From assembly GCA_038153405.1 (NCBI GenBank), contig JAYOYH010000014.1, positions 6,655 through 55,579 of the forward strand: a stretch of 48,925 nt of DNA, given 5' to 3'. The position numbers and the translations under genes were made by a program. How positions within the stretch are numbered: the first letter of the stretch is position 1; the number at the start of each line of letters is the position of its first letter. This DNA comes from Gemmatimonadota bacterium. Its GTDB lineage: Bacteria > Latescibacterota > UBA2968 > UBA8231. Positions 1 to 8,840 of this stretch are shown piece by piece. The notes under the pieces are model-generated. The model saw only the letters and a list, made by a program, of their open reading frames with translations. It ran no database searches and was not told the DNA's origin.

Positions 1-133
1 ACACGCTGGGCGGGACGCCCCGGCCAACTTCTGCGCCTTGGTCGACACACCCCAAACAAATTAAAAAACCGCGGGGGGCCGGTACCCGCCCCCGCCCCGC
101 TTCTGTTTTACTTTCCTTCGACAACCCCGTGCG

Positions 134-949
134 CTACGCAGCCTGCAGTTCCCGCTCCGGCATATTTTCTATGCGCGAAAGCCAGTAGGACACGTCGTAG
201 CGGTCATCGCCGATTAAAAAGCGCCACATCTTTATGCGGTTGACCACCTCGATGCGCGACTCGTTGCCATACCAGCGATGGTTGGCGCTGAGCAACGAGG
301 GGATTTCTCCGTCTTCCAGGTCATCCGTGTTCCACAAGAGCTTCTGGCGGACCGTTGGATTCAGGCGCAGCTTAAACATGTAGCGCATCATCCCAGTCGT
401 GTTGGGCTGTGCGCAGTGCCATATGCCGTGATGAGCGACGGCCACCGTGCCCGCTTTGCACACCATGGGCATCTGGCCGACGAAGTTCTGGTAGCGCGCG
501 ATATCCGACTCACTGATGCGCCGATACTGGCTGCCGGGCAGGAACATCGTGCCCCCCATCTCGCGCGGCGTATCGTGGGCAAAGTAGAATAGCTGTATAT
601 CGAAGTGTATGCGCGTGTCGATAATGGCGTCGGCATGCCATATTTGACCGTTGTCGTTGTTGGCCTGCACCGTGTGCACGGCGTGGTGATCGTAGAGCGG
701 CCCCGATCCGACTAGGCTGTGAATGATCCCCTGAATTTTCGGCAGGCGAACCACCTGCCCAATGGCCTGCTCATGCCAGAGATCGGCCAATGCCTGGCCG
801 CTGCCAACGCGGGGAATTTCACCCCGTTCCATCTCTCCGCAAACCGCCTCGTTGAGCTCGCGCGGCACCAATTCATCAAAGCGCAAAAATCCATCTGCGA
901 CAAAGCGGGCCATCTCCTTGCTCGTCAGCAGGTCTCCTTTTTCAACCAT
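134..949 (-). CDS. Phytanoyl-CoA dioxygenase (PhyH) family Fe(II)/2OG dioxygenase
   Basis: Has F..DGF N-terminus, WHAD (HxD), GGT.FLPGS and HHGIWH distal His. Start moved to ATG 949 (MVEKGD), which has a GGAGG RBS and overlaps the upstream gene's stop. Confidence 0.8.
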   Translation of the reverse strand: MVEKGDLLTSKEMARFVADGFLRFDELVPRELNEAVCGEMERGEIPRVGSGQALADLWHEQAIGQVVRLPKIQGIIHSLVGSGPLYDHHAVHTVQANNDNGQIWHADAIIDTRIHFDIQLFYFAHDTPREMGGTMFLPGSQYRRISESDIARYQNFVGQMPMVCKAGTVAVAHHGIWHCAQPNTTGMMRYMFKLRLNPTVRQKLLWNTDDLEDGEIPSLLSANHRWYGNESRIEVVNRIKMWRFLIGDDRYDVSYWLSRIENMPERELQAA

Positions 950-1214
950 TGCCGTCCTCCAATTTTTCGAGAATGTATTCGTAGCGCAGGTATGAGGTAT
1001 TGTATTCCATTCCCGGATAAGCCGGATATTGCTGTGGAAACTGTATGACGCGCCAGCCATCGCGCATCGCGGCGACGACGGAGCTATACGGCGGCTCTTC
1101 GGCATCGCCGGTGGTGTGTTTTTCCTTGCCCGTCCCATCATACGCCGCCCAGGCGACCGTTGCGCTGTTCAGGTCGGGCGAATGGGCATAGAGGACTAGT
1201 AATTTCTGTCGCAT
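942..1214 (-). CDS. Small hypothetical protein (90 aa)
   Basis: Protein-like composition (PPYSSVVAAMRDGWRVIQFP), 8-nt overlap with the phyH start, and a promoter upstream at 1267-1295. Confidence 0.7.
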   Translation of the reverse strand: MRQKLLVLYAHSPDLNSATVAWAAYDGTGKEKHTTGDAEEPPYSSVVAAMRDGWRVIQFPQQYPAYPGMEYNTSYLRYEYILEKLEDGNG

Positions 1215-1266
1215 GTGCGTTGAATCGCCTTGTCACAGGTGGATGGCTCGGCGCCGTCTGCGCACC

Positions 1267-1295
1267 AATATAGGATGCGCCGACCGCAACGGCAA
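1267..1295 (-). promoter_or_regulatory. sigma70-type promoter TTGCCG-N17-TATATT
   Basis: Exact 17-nt spacer, upstream of the 942..1214 gene. Confidence 0.5.
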
Positions 1296-1376
1296 TCGAT
1301 CCGCTCCCTTGTGCAAAAAGCGGTGCCCATTACATTCGGCCAATCCAAACTTACGCGCCCGAAATCCGAGTCCGAT

Positions 1377-2561
1377 GTGAACCAACAACGCATCCTTCTT
1401 TCGACCTTCTTTATCAACTTCGTTTTTTTTGGTGCAGCAGCCATTCTAGTCGGTGCCGCCGTGCCCGAAATAGTGCGCACCTTTGTCTGGAGCTACTCTG
1501 AAATGGGGGCCGTTATGGCCAGCGGCGCGATTGGCTATTTTACCTCGACGCTGCTCTGCGGCATCCTACTGCGCCGCTGGGGTCCGCGCCCGGTCCTAGT
1601 AGGCGGGCTGATGCTGCAGGCAGCGGGCCTGGCCGCCTTTGGCCAGACCCCTTCTTTTTGGTTCAACCTCCTGGCCCTCGCGCTCTTTGGACTGGGCGAG
1701 GGAGCCAGCGAGGTGGTAACCAATTTCTGCCTGGTGCGCATTGAGTATAGAGGGCGCAGTAATCTGATGAACTTTATTCACTCCGCATTTACCGCCGGCG
1801 CTATTGCCGGACCGCTCGTCGTCGGCCAGCTCATTGAACGCGGCCTGCCATGGCAGCACGCCTTCGAGGGTTTGGCGGCCATATCTGTGCTGATGGCCAT
1901 CGCCTTTTCGCTGCAGTCCTTCGTCGCAGTTCCTCCCGCCGGCACGCAGCGAGCGCGGGTGGCGTTGGTCCACTTGCTGCGCCAGCCGCTAATGGCATTC
2001 CTAGCCCTGGCGATCTTGCTGTACGTGGGCGTGGAAATTGGCGTATCAAATTGGATCGCCGAGTACGTTGTGCAAAAGCTTGGCACGTCAGCCGCTATGG
2101 GGGCCTACATGGTGTCGCTCTTTTGGCTCGGCTTGCTGGTAGGCCGCCTGGCCATTGCCGCCTTCTACCGCAGCGACGACCAAGAGACGCTGCTCGTCGC
2201 CTCGTGTGCATTGGCCACCCTGGCACTGGTGCTGGCGCTTTTGAATTTGGGCTTTGCCTGGACAGCGGCGTGCTTTTTTATCAGCGGCATGGGCTTTGCC
2301 TCGATATATCCCGTCGTCGTCGTGCTGGCCGGTCGCCACTTTGCCAGCGAGCAGGGCCTAGCCATCGCCATTATATCGACCGGCGGCGGCATGGGCTCCT
2401 TCGCGTTCCCGTTTGCCATCGCGGCGCTGGCCGACCACTGGGGGATTGAGCGCGCCTTCTGGGCCTACGCCCTCACTGCTGTCGCCATGAGTGCGAGCGC
2501 GGCAGCCGCCTTTGTGTGGGTTCGCCGCGCCAATACATCGGTCGACGTTGAGCCGCGTTGA
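1377..2561 (+). CDS. MFS transporter (FucP/TsgA-like)
   Basis: About 12 hydrophobic helices, G.LLRRWGPR motif-A-like loop, LYVGVEIGVSNW. Start probably GTG 1377 (ORF open from 1230). Confidence 0.85.
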   Translation: MNQQRILLSTFFINFVFFGAAAILVGAAVPEIVRTFVWSYSEMGAVMASGAIGYFTSTLLCGILLRRWGPRPVLVGGLMLQAAGLAAFGQTPSFWFNLLALALFGLGEGASEVVTNFCLVRIEYRGRSNLMNFIHSAFTAGAIAGPLVVGQLIERGLPWQHAFEGLAAISVLMAIAFSLQSFVAVPPAGTQRARVALVHLLRQPLMAFLALAILLYVGVEIGVSNWIAEYVVQKLGTSAAMGAYMVSLFWLGLLVGRLAIAAFYRSDDQETLLVASCALATLALVLALLNLGFAWTAACFFISGMGFASIYPVVVVLAGRHFASEQGLAIAIISTGGGMGSFAFPFAIAALADHWGIERAFWAYALTAVAMSASAAAAFVWVRRANTSVDVEPR

Positions 2562-2804
2562 CCGGCAAAAGCAAAGGCCTTTCCCACTGCGTTGACCTTG
2601 TCCAAGTGCAGCGTGCGATGGGCGGCGAGAAATACGGCGACCAGGCCAACGTCGGGGCGATCAACAGCGCATATTGCGTGACTCTTCGCCATCTTTAGTG
2701 GTGGGTCGAGTGCGATAGCCCCATCGATAGAGTTGCTGTAATCGTTTACATTCACGGGACGAACGGGTGTTTTTCACGTCTTCAACAGGAGCCATTGAGC
2801 TGCT

Positions 2805-4115
2805 ATGTGGCCACTCTTTCTCGCGCTAACCGCGCTCGTGTACGGCTCTGTTGCGGCCTCCGAACTCAGCCGTGAAGATCTCGATATCGTCGCTGGACGC
2901 AGAGTAAACTCAATCGATATCGAGGGCAACCGCATTACGCGCGACTACGTAATCTACCGCGAGTTGCGCACGCCTATAGGCCAACCTTTAAACGTAGAGA
3001 CCCTGCGCGCCGACCTGCAGCGCCTCGACAATCTGGATATTTTTTCTTCGGTCCGCGTGCGCGCCCAGGAGCGAGGGGACGACATCGACCTGGCGCTCGT
3101 CGTGCGCGAACTGCCCTTTGCCATTCCCTACCTGAGCAGCAACGTCACCGACGAAGACGGATGGTCCTTTGGACCGGCTCTTAAATCGGTCAATATGTTA
3201 GGACGCGATATCTTCGTAGCCGGCTACGCGCTTTTCGGTGGCAAGACGACCTTCTTACTCGACCTCGACTACCCCTGGATAGCGGCAAACCACCTCTCGT
3301 TTCACCTCGATCTAAGCCGCATAAAACGCCTCAACGAGCTGGATGGATTTGACGAAGAAAGCGTTGAAATAAGCCCATCGCTGGGTATGTATGTAGGGGA
3401 GCACGGGCGAGCCGCCGCCGGCATTAGCTATTTGCGCTTTCGCAGCGATCAGGCCGGACACACGCTCACACCCGACAATGCCGACCAACTGCTGCAAATA
3501 GCGCTGCGCGCCGGCTACGACACGCGCGATAATTGGGGGGACCCGCACGATGGCTGGCTCAACGAGTTCGAAGTGCGCCGCACGGGAGGCCCCCTGCCCG
3601 GCGATGGCGATTTCTGGACCGCGCACATCGATCTGCGCCGCTTCCAGCCCGTAGGCACGGCCCATACGCTGGTCGCAGCGTCCCTGCTCTCCCTGCAGTC
3701 GGGCCGCGTTGGCATCGACCTACCCGAGTACATGGACTACCACCTCGGCGGCTCTAACAGCCTGCGCGGCTATGATATCCGCGAGGTCGGCACGGCGCTG
3801 GCAGGTAAAAATCAATGGCTCGGCACACTCGAATACCGCCTGCCGCTGCTGCCAAAGCGCGAATACGACCTCTTTGGCATGACGTCGAATATAGGGCTGG
3901 CCGCGGCGCTATTTGCCGACGGCGGCACGGCTTGGGACGGACGCGAGCCGTTGGGACGCCAGCGGCTGCGCATGGGCTTTGGAGCGGGTCTGCGCCTGCT
4001 GGCTCCGGCGATCGATATGATGCGCATGGACGTCGGCTTCGATACCGAGGGCCATTGGAAAATACACATTGCTTCCTTTTCCAAGATGCGCGCTCAGCGC
4101 CTGCGGCTGCGCTAA
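2805..4115 (+). CDS. Omp85 (BamA/TamA) family outer-membrane protein with one POTRA domain
   Basis: Signal peptide, POTRA motif IEGNRITRDYVIYREL, barrel loop-6 motif LGGSNSLRGY, FAD.G.AW and GFGAGLR. Confidence 0.85.
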   Translation: MWPLFLALTALVYGSVAASELSREDLDIVAGRRVNSIDIEGNRITRDYVIYRELRTPIGQPLNVETLRADLQRLDNLDIFSSVRVRAQERGDDIDLALVVRELPFAIPYLSSNVTDEDGWSFGPALKSVNMLGRDIFVAGYALFGGKTTFLLDLDYPWIAANHLSFHLDLSRIKRLNELDGFDEESVEISPSLGMYVGEHGRAAAGISYLRFRSDQAGHTLTPDNADQLLQIALRAGYDTRDNWGDPHDGWLNEFEVRRTGGPLPGDGDFWTAHIDLRRFQPVGTAHTLVAASLLSLQSGRVGIDLPEYMDYHLGGSNSLRGYDIREVGTALAGKNQWLGTLEYRLPLLPKREYDLFGMTSNIGLAAALFADGGTAWDGREPLGRQRLRMGFGAGLRLLAPAIDMMRMDVGFDTEGHWKIHIASFSKMRAQRLRLR

Positions 4116-4130
4116 ATCGCGTAGCCGCAC

Positions 4131-4160
4131 AAAAAAACCGGCTCCGTATAGGGAGCCGGT
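4131..4160 (-). terminator. Intrinsic terminator for the sigma factor gene
   Basis: ACCGGCTCC/GGAGCCGGT stem with a T7 tract on the minus strand. Confidence 0.75.
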
Positions 4161-4188
4161 CGGGTCGAAAAGCGCCTGGCGAGAAACG

Positions 4189-5022
4189 TCAGTTCTGCGA
4201 GAACTCCACCAGTTGGTCGCCGCACTGAACGCGTATCTTTTCGAGAGCGCGGTTGCGCAGCTGGCGCACCCGCTCGCGAGTCACGCCCATCGAATCGCCT
4301 ATTTCTTCCAGCGTCATGGGCGCCACCCGATCCAAGCCAAAGTAGGAACGCACGATCTGCGACTCGCGCGGATCCAAAACGTCTAAGCACGCATTGACCA
4401 TCTCTTCCATCTGCGTGCGCTCCAAGCGCTCGTCGATGCCTTCTTGATCGGCGACAAACATCTGCACCAGCGTCGTTTCCTCGTCGAGGAAAGCCGGTGC
4501 ATCTAGCGATATGTCCTGCTGGGAAACCTCCAGCGCATTGCGCGTGCGCTCGAGGCTGATATCGACCCTTTCGGCAATTTCGTCAAAGGTCGGCGCCCGA
4601 CCCAAGGCCTGGGCAAGCGCGCCGGTTTCCCTCTCCACTTTCTGCCAGTCGTTGACTTGGCTCATCGGCGGGCGCGCTATTTTGCCTTGTTCGGCCAGCG
4701 CCTTGAGAATGGCCTGGCGAATCCACCACACCGCATAGGTGATAAACTTGAAGCCGCGCGTCTCGTCAAAGCGCTTGATCGCCTCCATAAGGCCGACGTT
4801 ACCCTCTGAAACCAATTCGACTAGCGATAGTCCATAATCCTTGTACGTCCGCGCTACGCTGACGACAAAGCGCAGATTGGCGCGCACCAGCGCCTGGCGC
4901 GCCTCTTCATCTCCGGCCCGCGCACGCACGAAATAGCGCACTTCGTCCGCTCGACTCAGCGGCTGGACGTCCTTGATGTCGCGCCAGTACAGCTCTATTG
5001 AATCGCGTGCATCTCTTGCCAT
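4189..5022 (-). CDS. RNA polymerase sigma70-family factor (RpoD/SigA-like, lacks region 1.1)
   Basis: ANLRFVVSVA, EGNVGL, KFITYAVWWIRQAI and the region 4.2 motif TLEEIG..GVTRERVRQ. Confidence 0.95.
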   Translation of the reverse strand: MARDARDSIELYWRDIKDVQPLSRADEVRYFVRARAGDEEARQALVRANLRFVVSVARTYKDYGLSLVELVSEGNVGLMEAIKRFDETRGFKFITYAVWWIRQAILKALAEQGKIARPPMSQVNDWQKVERETGALAQALGRAPTFDEIAERVDISLERTRNALEVSQQDISLDAPAFLDEETTLVQMFVADQEGIDERLERTQMEEMVNACLDVLDPRESQIVRSYFGLDRVAPMTLEEIGDSMGVTRERVRQLRNRALEKIRVQCGDQLVEFSQN

Positions 5023-5083
5023 AGTTCCCCCGATTTACAACCCAGTACACAAAATGACCATACTTTACCCTAACGTTAAGGTT

Positions 5084-5112
5084 AATATAGGCCTATCGGA
5101 AAGCCAAAGCAA
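5084..5112 (-). promoter_or_regulatory. sigma70-type promoter TTGCTT-N17-TATATT
   Basis: 17-nt spacer, upstream of the sigma factor gene. Confidence 0.55.
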
Positions 5113-5157
5113 GTTTTCTAGTCTGTAATCCAGAGCGGCATACATGAAAAAAAACGG

Positions 5158-5583
5158 CTATGCCTGCGGGCGACGGCGGCTGCTTTTCTTTTCGCCATGG
5201 CGCTTTTTAGCGTCCAGTCGGCGCTTCTGTGCGGCGCGCCCGGGTCGCGTCTTTCTGCGCTTGGGCGGAGGGGGCTTTAGCGCATCGGTCAGTAGCTGCA
5301 CCAGGCGCTCCTGGCAGTCTTCGCGATTGCGCCCCTGCGTTCGATGCCTGTCGGAATAGATGACGAGCACCCCATCCTGCGTCAGGCGCGCGGCGAGTTT
5401 GTCGAGCAAGCAGGCGCGCTGCGCCTCGCTCAGCGCGGCGCTCATAGCCACGTCAAAGCGCACCTCTACCCGCGTATTCACCTTATTCACGTTTTGCCCG
5501 CCCGCGCCCGAACTGCGCGAAAAAGCCACGCTTAGTTCGCTCGCAGGTATGGACAGCGTTCTCGTTATGTGCAGTGCATCCAT
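5158..5583 (-). CDS. arfB: Alternative ribosome-rescue peptidyl-tRNA hydrolase ArfB (YaeJ)
   Basis: RSSGAGGQNVNKV (GGQ), R.Q.RNR and a basic C-terminal tail RRKTRP...RRLDAKK. Confidence 0.95.
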   Translation of the reverse strand: MDALHITRTLSIPASELSVAFSRSSGAGGQNVNKVNTRVEVRFDVAMSAALSEAQRACLLDKLAARLTQDGVLVIYSDRHRTQGRNREDCQERLVQLLTDALKPPPPKRRKTRPGRAAQKRRLDAKKRHGEKKSSRRRPQA

Positions 5584-5675
5584 CGGTTGGCTTGCCGGCA
5601 ATTGATTGAACACCGTAGATAATTTAATTTAGCCGCACCGATCGCAATGACCAGCTTTTTTTAAGGAGAATTCGC

Positions 5676-6842
5676 ATGAGCCCCCAGTACCGAGCCGCCA
5701 TTGTCGGCTGTGGATCCATCGGACACGCACATATGGAGGGCTACCAGCTCGTCGACGAAGTCGAAGTCGTCGCCGTCGCCGATCCGGTCCCCGCCGCGCG
5801 TCAGCGCTATATAGAGCAGTACGATATTCCACAACAGTACGATACCGTCGAGGAAATGCTCGCGCGGGCACAGCCCGATATCGTCAGCGTATGCACGTGG
5901 CACTTGCTGCATCCCGCCCCGACGATTGCCGCAGCGCAGGCCGGGGTCAAGGCCGTCATATGCGAAAAGCCGATGGCCATCGGCATGGGAGCGGCCGATG
6001 CCATGGTCGACGCCTGCGCAGCCAGCGGCACCAAGCTCGTCATCAGCCACCAGCGGCGCTTTACACCCGGCTGGGAAAAGGCACGCCAGCTCATTGCAGA
6101 GGGTGCGATTGGCACGCCGCTCTTCGTCACCAACAAGGTTGCCGAGGGTTTGACCAATTGGGGAACGCACTCGATCGACGGCTCGCGCTTTGTGCTGGGC
6201 AACCCCAAGGCGAGTTGGGTTATGGGCGCCGTCGAGCGCCGCACCGATCGCTACGAACGCGATACGGCGGTCGAAGACGCCTGTATGGGTCTCGTGCAAT
6301 TTGACGGCAATTTGCAGTTGTTCATCCAGTCGGACCTGATGCGCGAAGGAGCGGCCGCCGGCCACTTTCAAATTCGCGGCAGCGAAGGCTATATGGAAGT
6401 GACCGAACTCGAAGTCCGCCTCCATACCACGCGCAGCGCAGGCTGGCAAGACGTGCAAATCGAGCTACCCGAAGGGGCAAAGGCCATTGGCGGCTACACC
6501 AACGCCGCTCAGGTGCGCGAGCTATTGGCCTGGATTGAGGGCCGCGTCGAGGAACACCGCAACGCCGGCACCATCGCCCGCGATACGGTGGAGATTATGA
6601 TGGCCCTCTACGAATCGGCGCGGCGCAACGCAGTCGTGCATTTGCCCCTGGCGGAGAAGGACTATCCACTCGAGCGTATGATGGCCGAAGGCAAACTGCC
6701 CGTGGAGATCGAAGGGCGCTACGACATTCGCTCGTTCCTAAAATGGGACGGCATCGACGAGGAAAAGTACAAGGCTCTGCGCGCCAGCGGTTTGGGCCAC
6801 CACCAGATCATGCGCCAGCTGCACGAAGAAATACGGCCATAA
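5676..6842 (+). CDS. Gfo/Idh/MocA family oxidoreductase
   Basis: IVGCGSIG Rossmann motif, CEKP, HQRRF and GTHSID; AAGGAG RBS. Confidence 0.92.
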   Translation: MSPQYRAAIVGCGSIGHAHMEGYQLVDEVEVVAVADPVPAARQRYIEQYDIPQQYDTVEEMLARAQPDIVSVCTWHLLHPAPTIAAAQAGVKAVICEKPMAIGMGAADAMVDACAASGTKLVISHQRRFTPGWEKARQLIAEGAIGTPLFVTNKVAEGLTNWGTHSIDGSRFVLGNPKASWVMGAVERRTDRYERDTAVEDACMGLVQFDGNLQLFIQSDLMREGAAAGHFQIRGSEGYMEVTELEVRLHTTRSAGWQDVQIELPEGAKAIGGYTNAAQVRELLAWIEGRVEEHRNAGTIARDTVEIMMALYESARRNAVVHLPLAEKDYPLERMMAEGKLPVEIEGRYDIRSFLKWDGIDEEKYKALRASGLGHHQIMRQLHEEIRP

Positions 6843-6843
6843 C

Positions 6844-6895
6844 AAAATACGGCCGCTTTCGAGAAGTGCTAACCTGACTTCCCGCAAGCGGCCGT
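6844..6895 (-). terminator. Long hairpin / intrinsic terminator on the minus strand (may also stop the + strand gene)
   Basis: ACGGCCGCTT/AAGCGGCCGT outer stem plus CGGGAAGT/ACTTCTCG inner stem, which needs a G-U pair on the minus strand. Followed by ATTTTGTT. Confidence 0.65.
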
Positions 6896-7038
6896 TACCG
6901 ATGTATCTATTGCGGAGGGAGTGGGGACTCCGTTCCACAGCGTATGTTTTCAGGGTGGGTAGCCCCGAGGGGAGATCTATCTGAAGGATCGGGTAGTTTG
7001 AGAGGTTCGACTCTTACTTAGTATCAAATAGTCTCTGT
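6844..7038 (-). ncRNA. Candidate small RNA (~195 nt), family unknown
   Basis: No credible ORF. Lies between a sigma28-like promoter (7044-7070) and the terminator at 6844-6895, and contains several hairpins. Confidence 0.3.
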
Positions 7039-7043
7039 TAATA

Positions 7044-7070
7044 CTATCGTCTACTAAGCTCATTTCTTTA
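7044..7070 (-). promoter_or_regulatory. sigma28 (FliA/SigD)-like promoter TAAA-N15-GACGATAG
   Basis: Matches the TAAA-N15-GCCGATAA consensus with correct spacing and 6/8 identity in the -10 box. Confidence 0.4.
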
Positions 7071-7099
7071 GTCCTAATTTCACCGCAGCACGCTAATAT

Positions 7100-8479
7100 T
7101 CATAAACTCCTGTTTTTCAATCTCTTTTCACTCTGTTCGCCCAAGGCTATGCCCAGGCAAACCCAAAAAAACAGGCCGTTAAAGGGCAGGCGCAGTGGAT
7201 AGCTGACGAGACTGTGCAGCAGCATGGCGAGCAAGGCTGCGACCAGCGCCCACGCATGGAGCGAAGCGCCGCGCCGCAAACCGCCGACCAGCCACCCCCC
7301 CAAACGCCCCACGAGCCATATAAAGGCCAGCAGGCCGAGCACGCCGCTCTCAGCCCACAGGTGCAAATACTCATTGTGGGCGTAGCGCGTGTTCTCATAC
7401 TGCTGCGTCTCAATGAGGCTGCTGTACCAGGGGTCGCTGCGCAATCCATCGCGATAGCGGGGAAAATGAGCGGCAAAGGCGCCGTAGCCCACGCCCACCA
7501 CCGGCTGGTCGACCACCATGGCCCAGGCGACGCGCCAGATAAAGTAGCGATGATTAATCGTCGTATCGTTGACCTGCACGTCGCCTAACTGAACAGAGGT
7601 GGCCGATGCCGGGGCCCCTGCAGCCGACGGCTTGGCCTCTGCGCCGCGGCTGTGCGGCGAAACGATGTAGCGCGCGCTCAGCAAGCGTTCACCGACCGAG
7701 ACCTTGCCCTGGGCATTGGCGATGATCGGGTCGCGCGTGGCCAAGTAAGTCGCAGCGATCAGCGCCAACGCCAGTAGCGCGACCTCCAGCCAGCGCATGG
7801 GCAACGCCCCGCGCCGCACGGCCAGAACAATGCCAAGACCGACAAAGGCGGTACCCGCCATACCGGCTAACCAAGCACCGCGGCTCCCGGCCAAAATACA
7901 GGCGCCGTAGATGAGCGCCACCGCAAGGCCACTCAACAGGCGCTCATAGGGCTTTCCCGCAGCAAAGAACAGGGCCAGTAGGAGGGGAAGGGCACAGGCG
8001 GCTACATTGCCTAGGTAATTTGGATTCTCGAATGTGGCGACGATGCGCCGCCCATCAAACGGGGTTGCCGACGGCAGGGGATCCAACCCATTGCTCTGCA
8101 CGAACGCGTAGGCGCCCAGCGCGATGCAACCGGCCACGAGCGCGCGCGCAACGACCCCGCGCGCGAATGCATCGCGTGCCATCCAGCAGCTCATCCACAG
8201 CAAAAAAAGCTGCGACAGCAGTTCAAGTAGAGCGATATTGCCCCAGGTGCCATTGAGCCAAAGCGAGGCGCAGACCGCTGCGCCCAGCGGCGCCACAGAC
8301 CGCATCAGCAGGCCCCTAAGCTCGGGCATGAGCGGCGACTGCAGCGCCCAGCCTGCCGATAGAAAGCACGACACCCAGACCCACCAATAGGCGCTGCTGC
8401 GCGCGTAGAGCCCGGGATGCGCCAAGAGCACGATCAGGCCGGCCGCAGAAACGAATAGAGCCCCTACGACGCGGGACAT
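7100..8479 (-). CDS. O-antigen ligase / Wzy_C family polytopic membrane protein (possibly an O-oligosaccharyltransferase)
   Basis: ATFENPN, GSRGAW, R..IW, P..GVGYGAF, AHNEYL...AESG and HSLVSYPL. ATG 8479 has a GGAGGG RBS. Confidence 0.88.
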   Translation of the reverse strand: MSRVVGALFVSAAGLIVLLAHPGLYARSSAYWWVWVSCFLSAGWALQSPLMPELRGLLMRSVAPLGAAVCASLWLNGTWGNIALLELLSQLFLLWMSCWMARDAFARGVVARALVAGCIALGAYAFVQSNGLDPLPSATPFDGRRIVATFENPNYLGNVAACALPLLLALFFAAGKPYERLLSGLAVALIYGACILAGSRGAWLAGMAGTAFVGLGIVLAVRRGALPMRWLEVALLALALIAATYLATRDPIIANAQGKVSVGERLLSARYIVSPHSRGAEAKPSAAGAPASATSVQLGDVQVNDTTINHRYFIWRVAWAMVVDQPVVGVGYGAFAAHFPRYRDGLRSDPWYSSLIETQQYENTRYAHNEYLHLWAESGVLGLLAFIWLVGRLGGWLVGGLRRGASLHAWALVAALLAMLLHSLVSYPLRLPFNGLFFWVCLGIALGEQSEKRLKNRSL

Positions 8480-8506
8480 GCGCCCTCCGACCGGCAACCC
8501 ACCATA

Positions 8507-8535
8507 TTGACTTTAGTGCGCACAGTATCTATTTT
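8507..8535 (+). promoter_or_regulatory. sigma70 promoter TTGACT-N17-TATTTT for the rpsR operon
   Basis: Near-consensus -35 and a 17-nt spacer. Confidence 0.6.
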
Positions 8536-8599
8536 TTTGCTTTCAATTGTCGCCTACAACCATGCACCCTGCCGGGTGCGTCGGCAAGGAGTAGCAGCC

Positions 8600-8827
8600 A
8601 TCGCTAAATTTCGCAGCAATCGCCGAGAGGCCGTAGCTAAACTAAAGCCCGAGGAAATCGATTACAAGCGCATCGACGTCCTCGCCAAATTCGTCACCCC
8701 CACCGGCAAAATCGAAGCAGCGCGCCGCACGGGTGCTTCGCGCAAACAGCAGACGCGCGTCGTGCGTGCCATCAAGCGCGCGCGCTACCTGGCCCTGTTG
8801 CCCTTCACGATCGACGACTCCCGCTAG
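8600..8827 (+). CDS. rpsR: 30S ribosomal protein S18 (Cys-less); apparent ATC start codon
   Basis: IDYK..DVL.KF....GKI...R.TG.....Q.....AIKRARYLALLPF. AAGGAG lies 8 nt before an in-frame ATC at 8600. Confidence 0.92.
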   Translation: MAKFRSNRREAVAKLKPEEIDYKRIDVLAKFVTPTGKIEAARRTGASRKQQTRVVRAIKRARYLALLPFTIDDSR

Positions 8828-8840
8828 CACGCGGCCGACC

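Noticed and set aside
1..133. Possible 3' end of a + strand gene (stop at 62-64) and a GC-rich hairpin at ~71-100
   Set aside because: Too short to assign, and the hairpin is imperfect.
6921..6938. GGAGTCC shared between the sRNA candidate and the flagellin leader (43948-43954)
   Set aside because: A 7-mer is expected several times by chance in 49 kb, and the flanking stems differ.
7000..7016. GGTTCGA T-loop-like motif suggesting a tRNA
   Set aside because: No proper 5-bp T stem with a 7-nt loop, and no acceptor stem, D arm or anticodon arm can be built.
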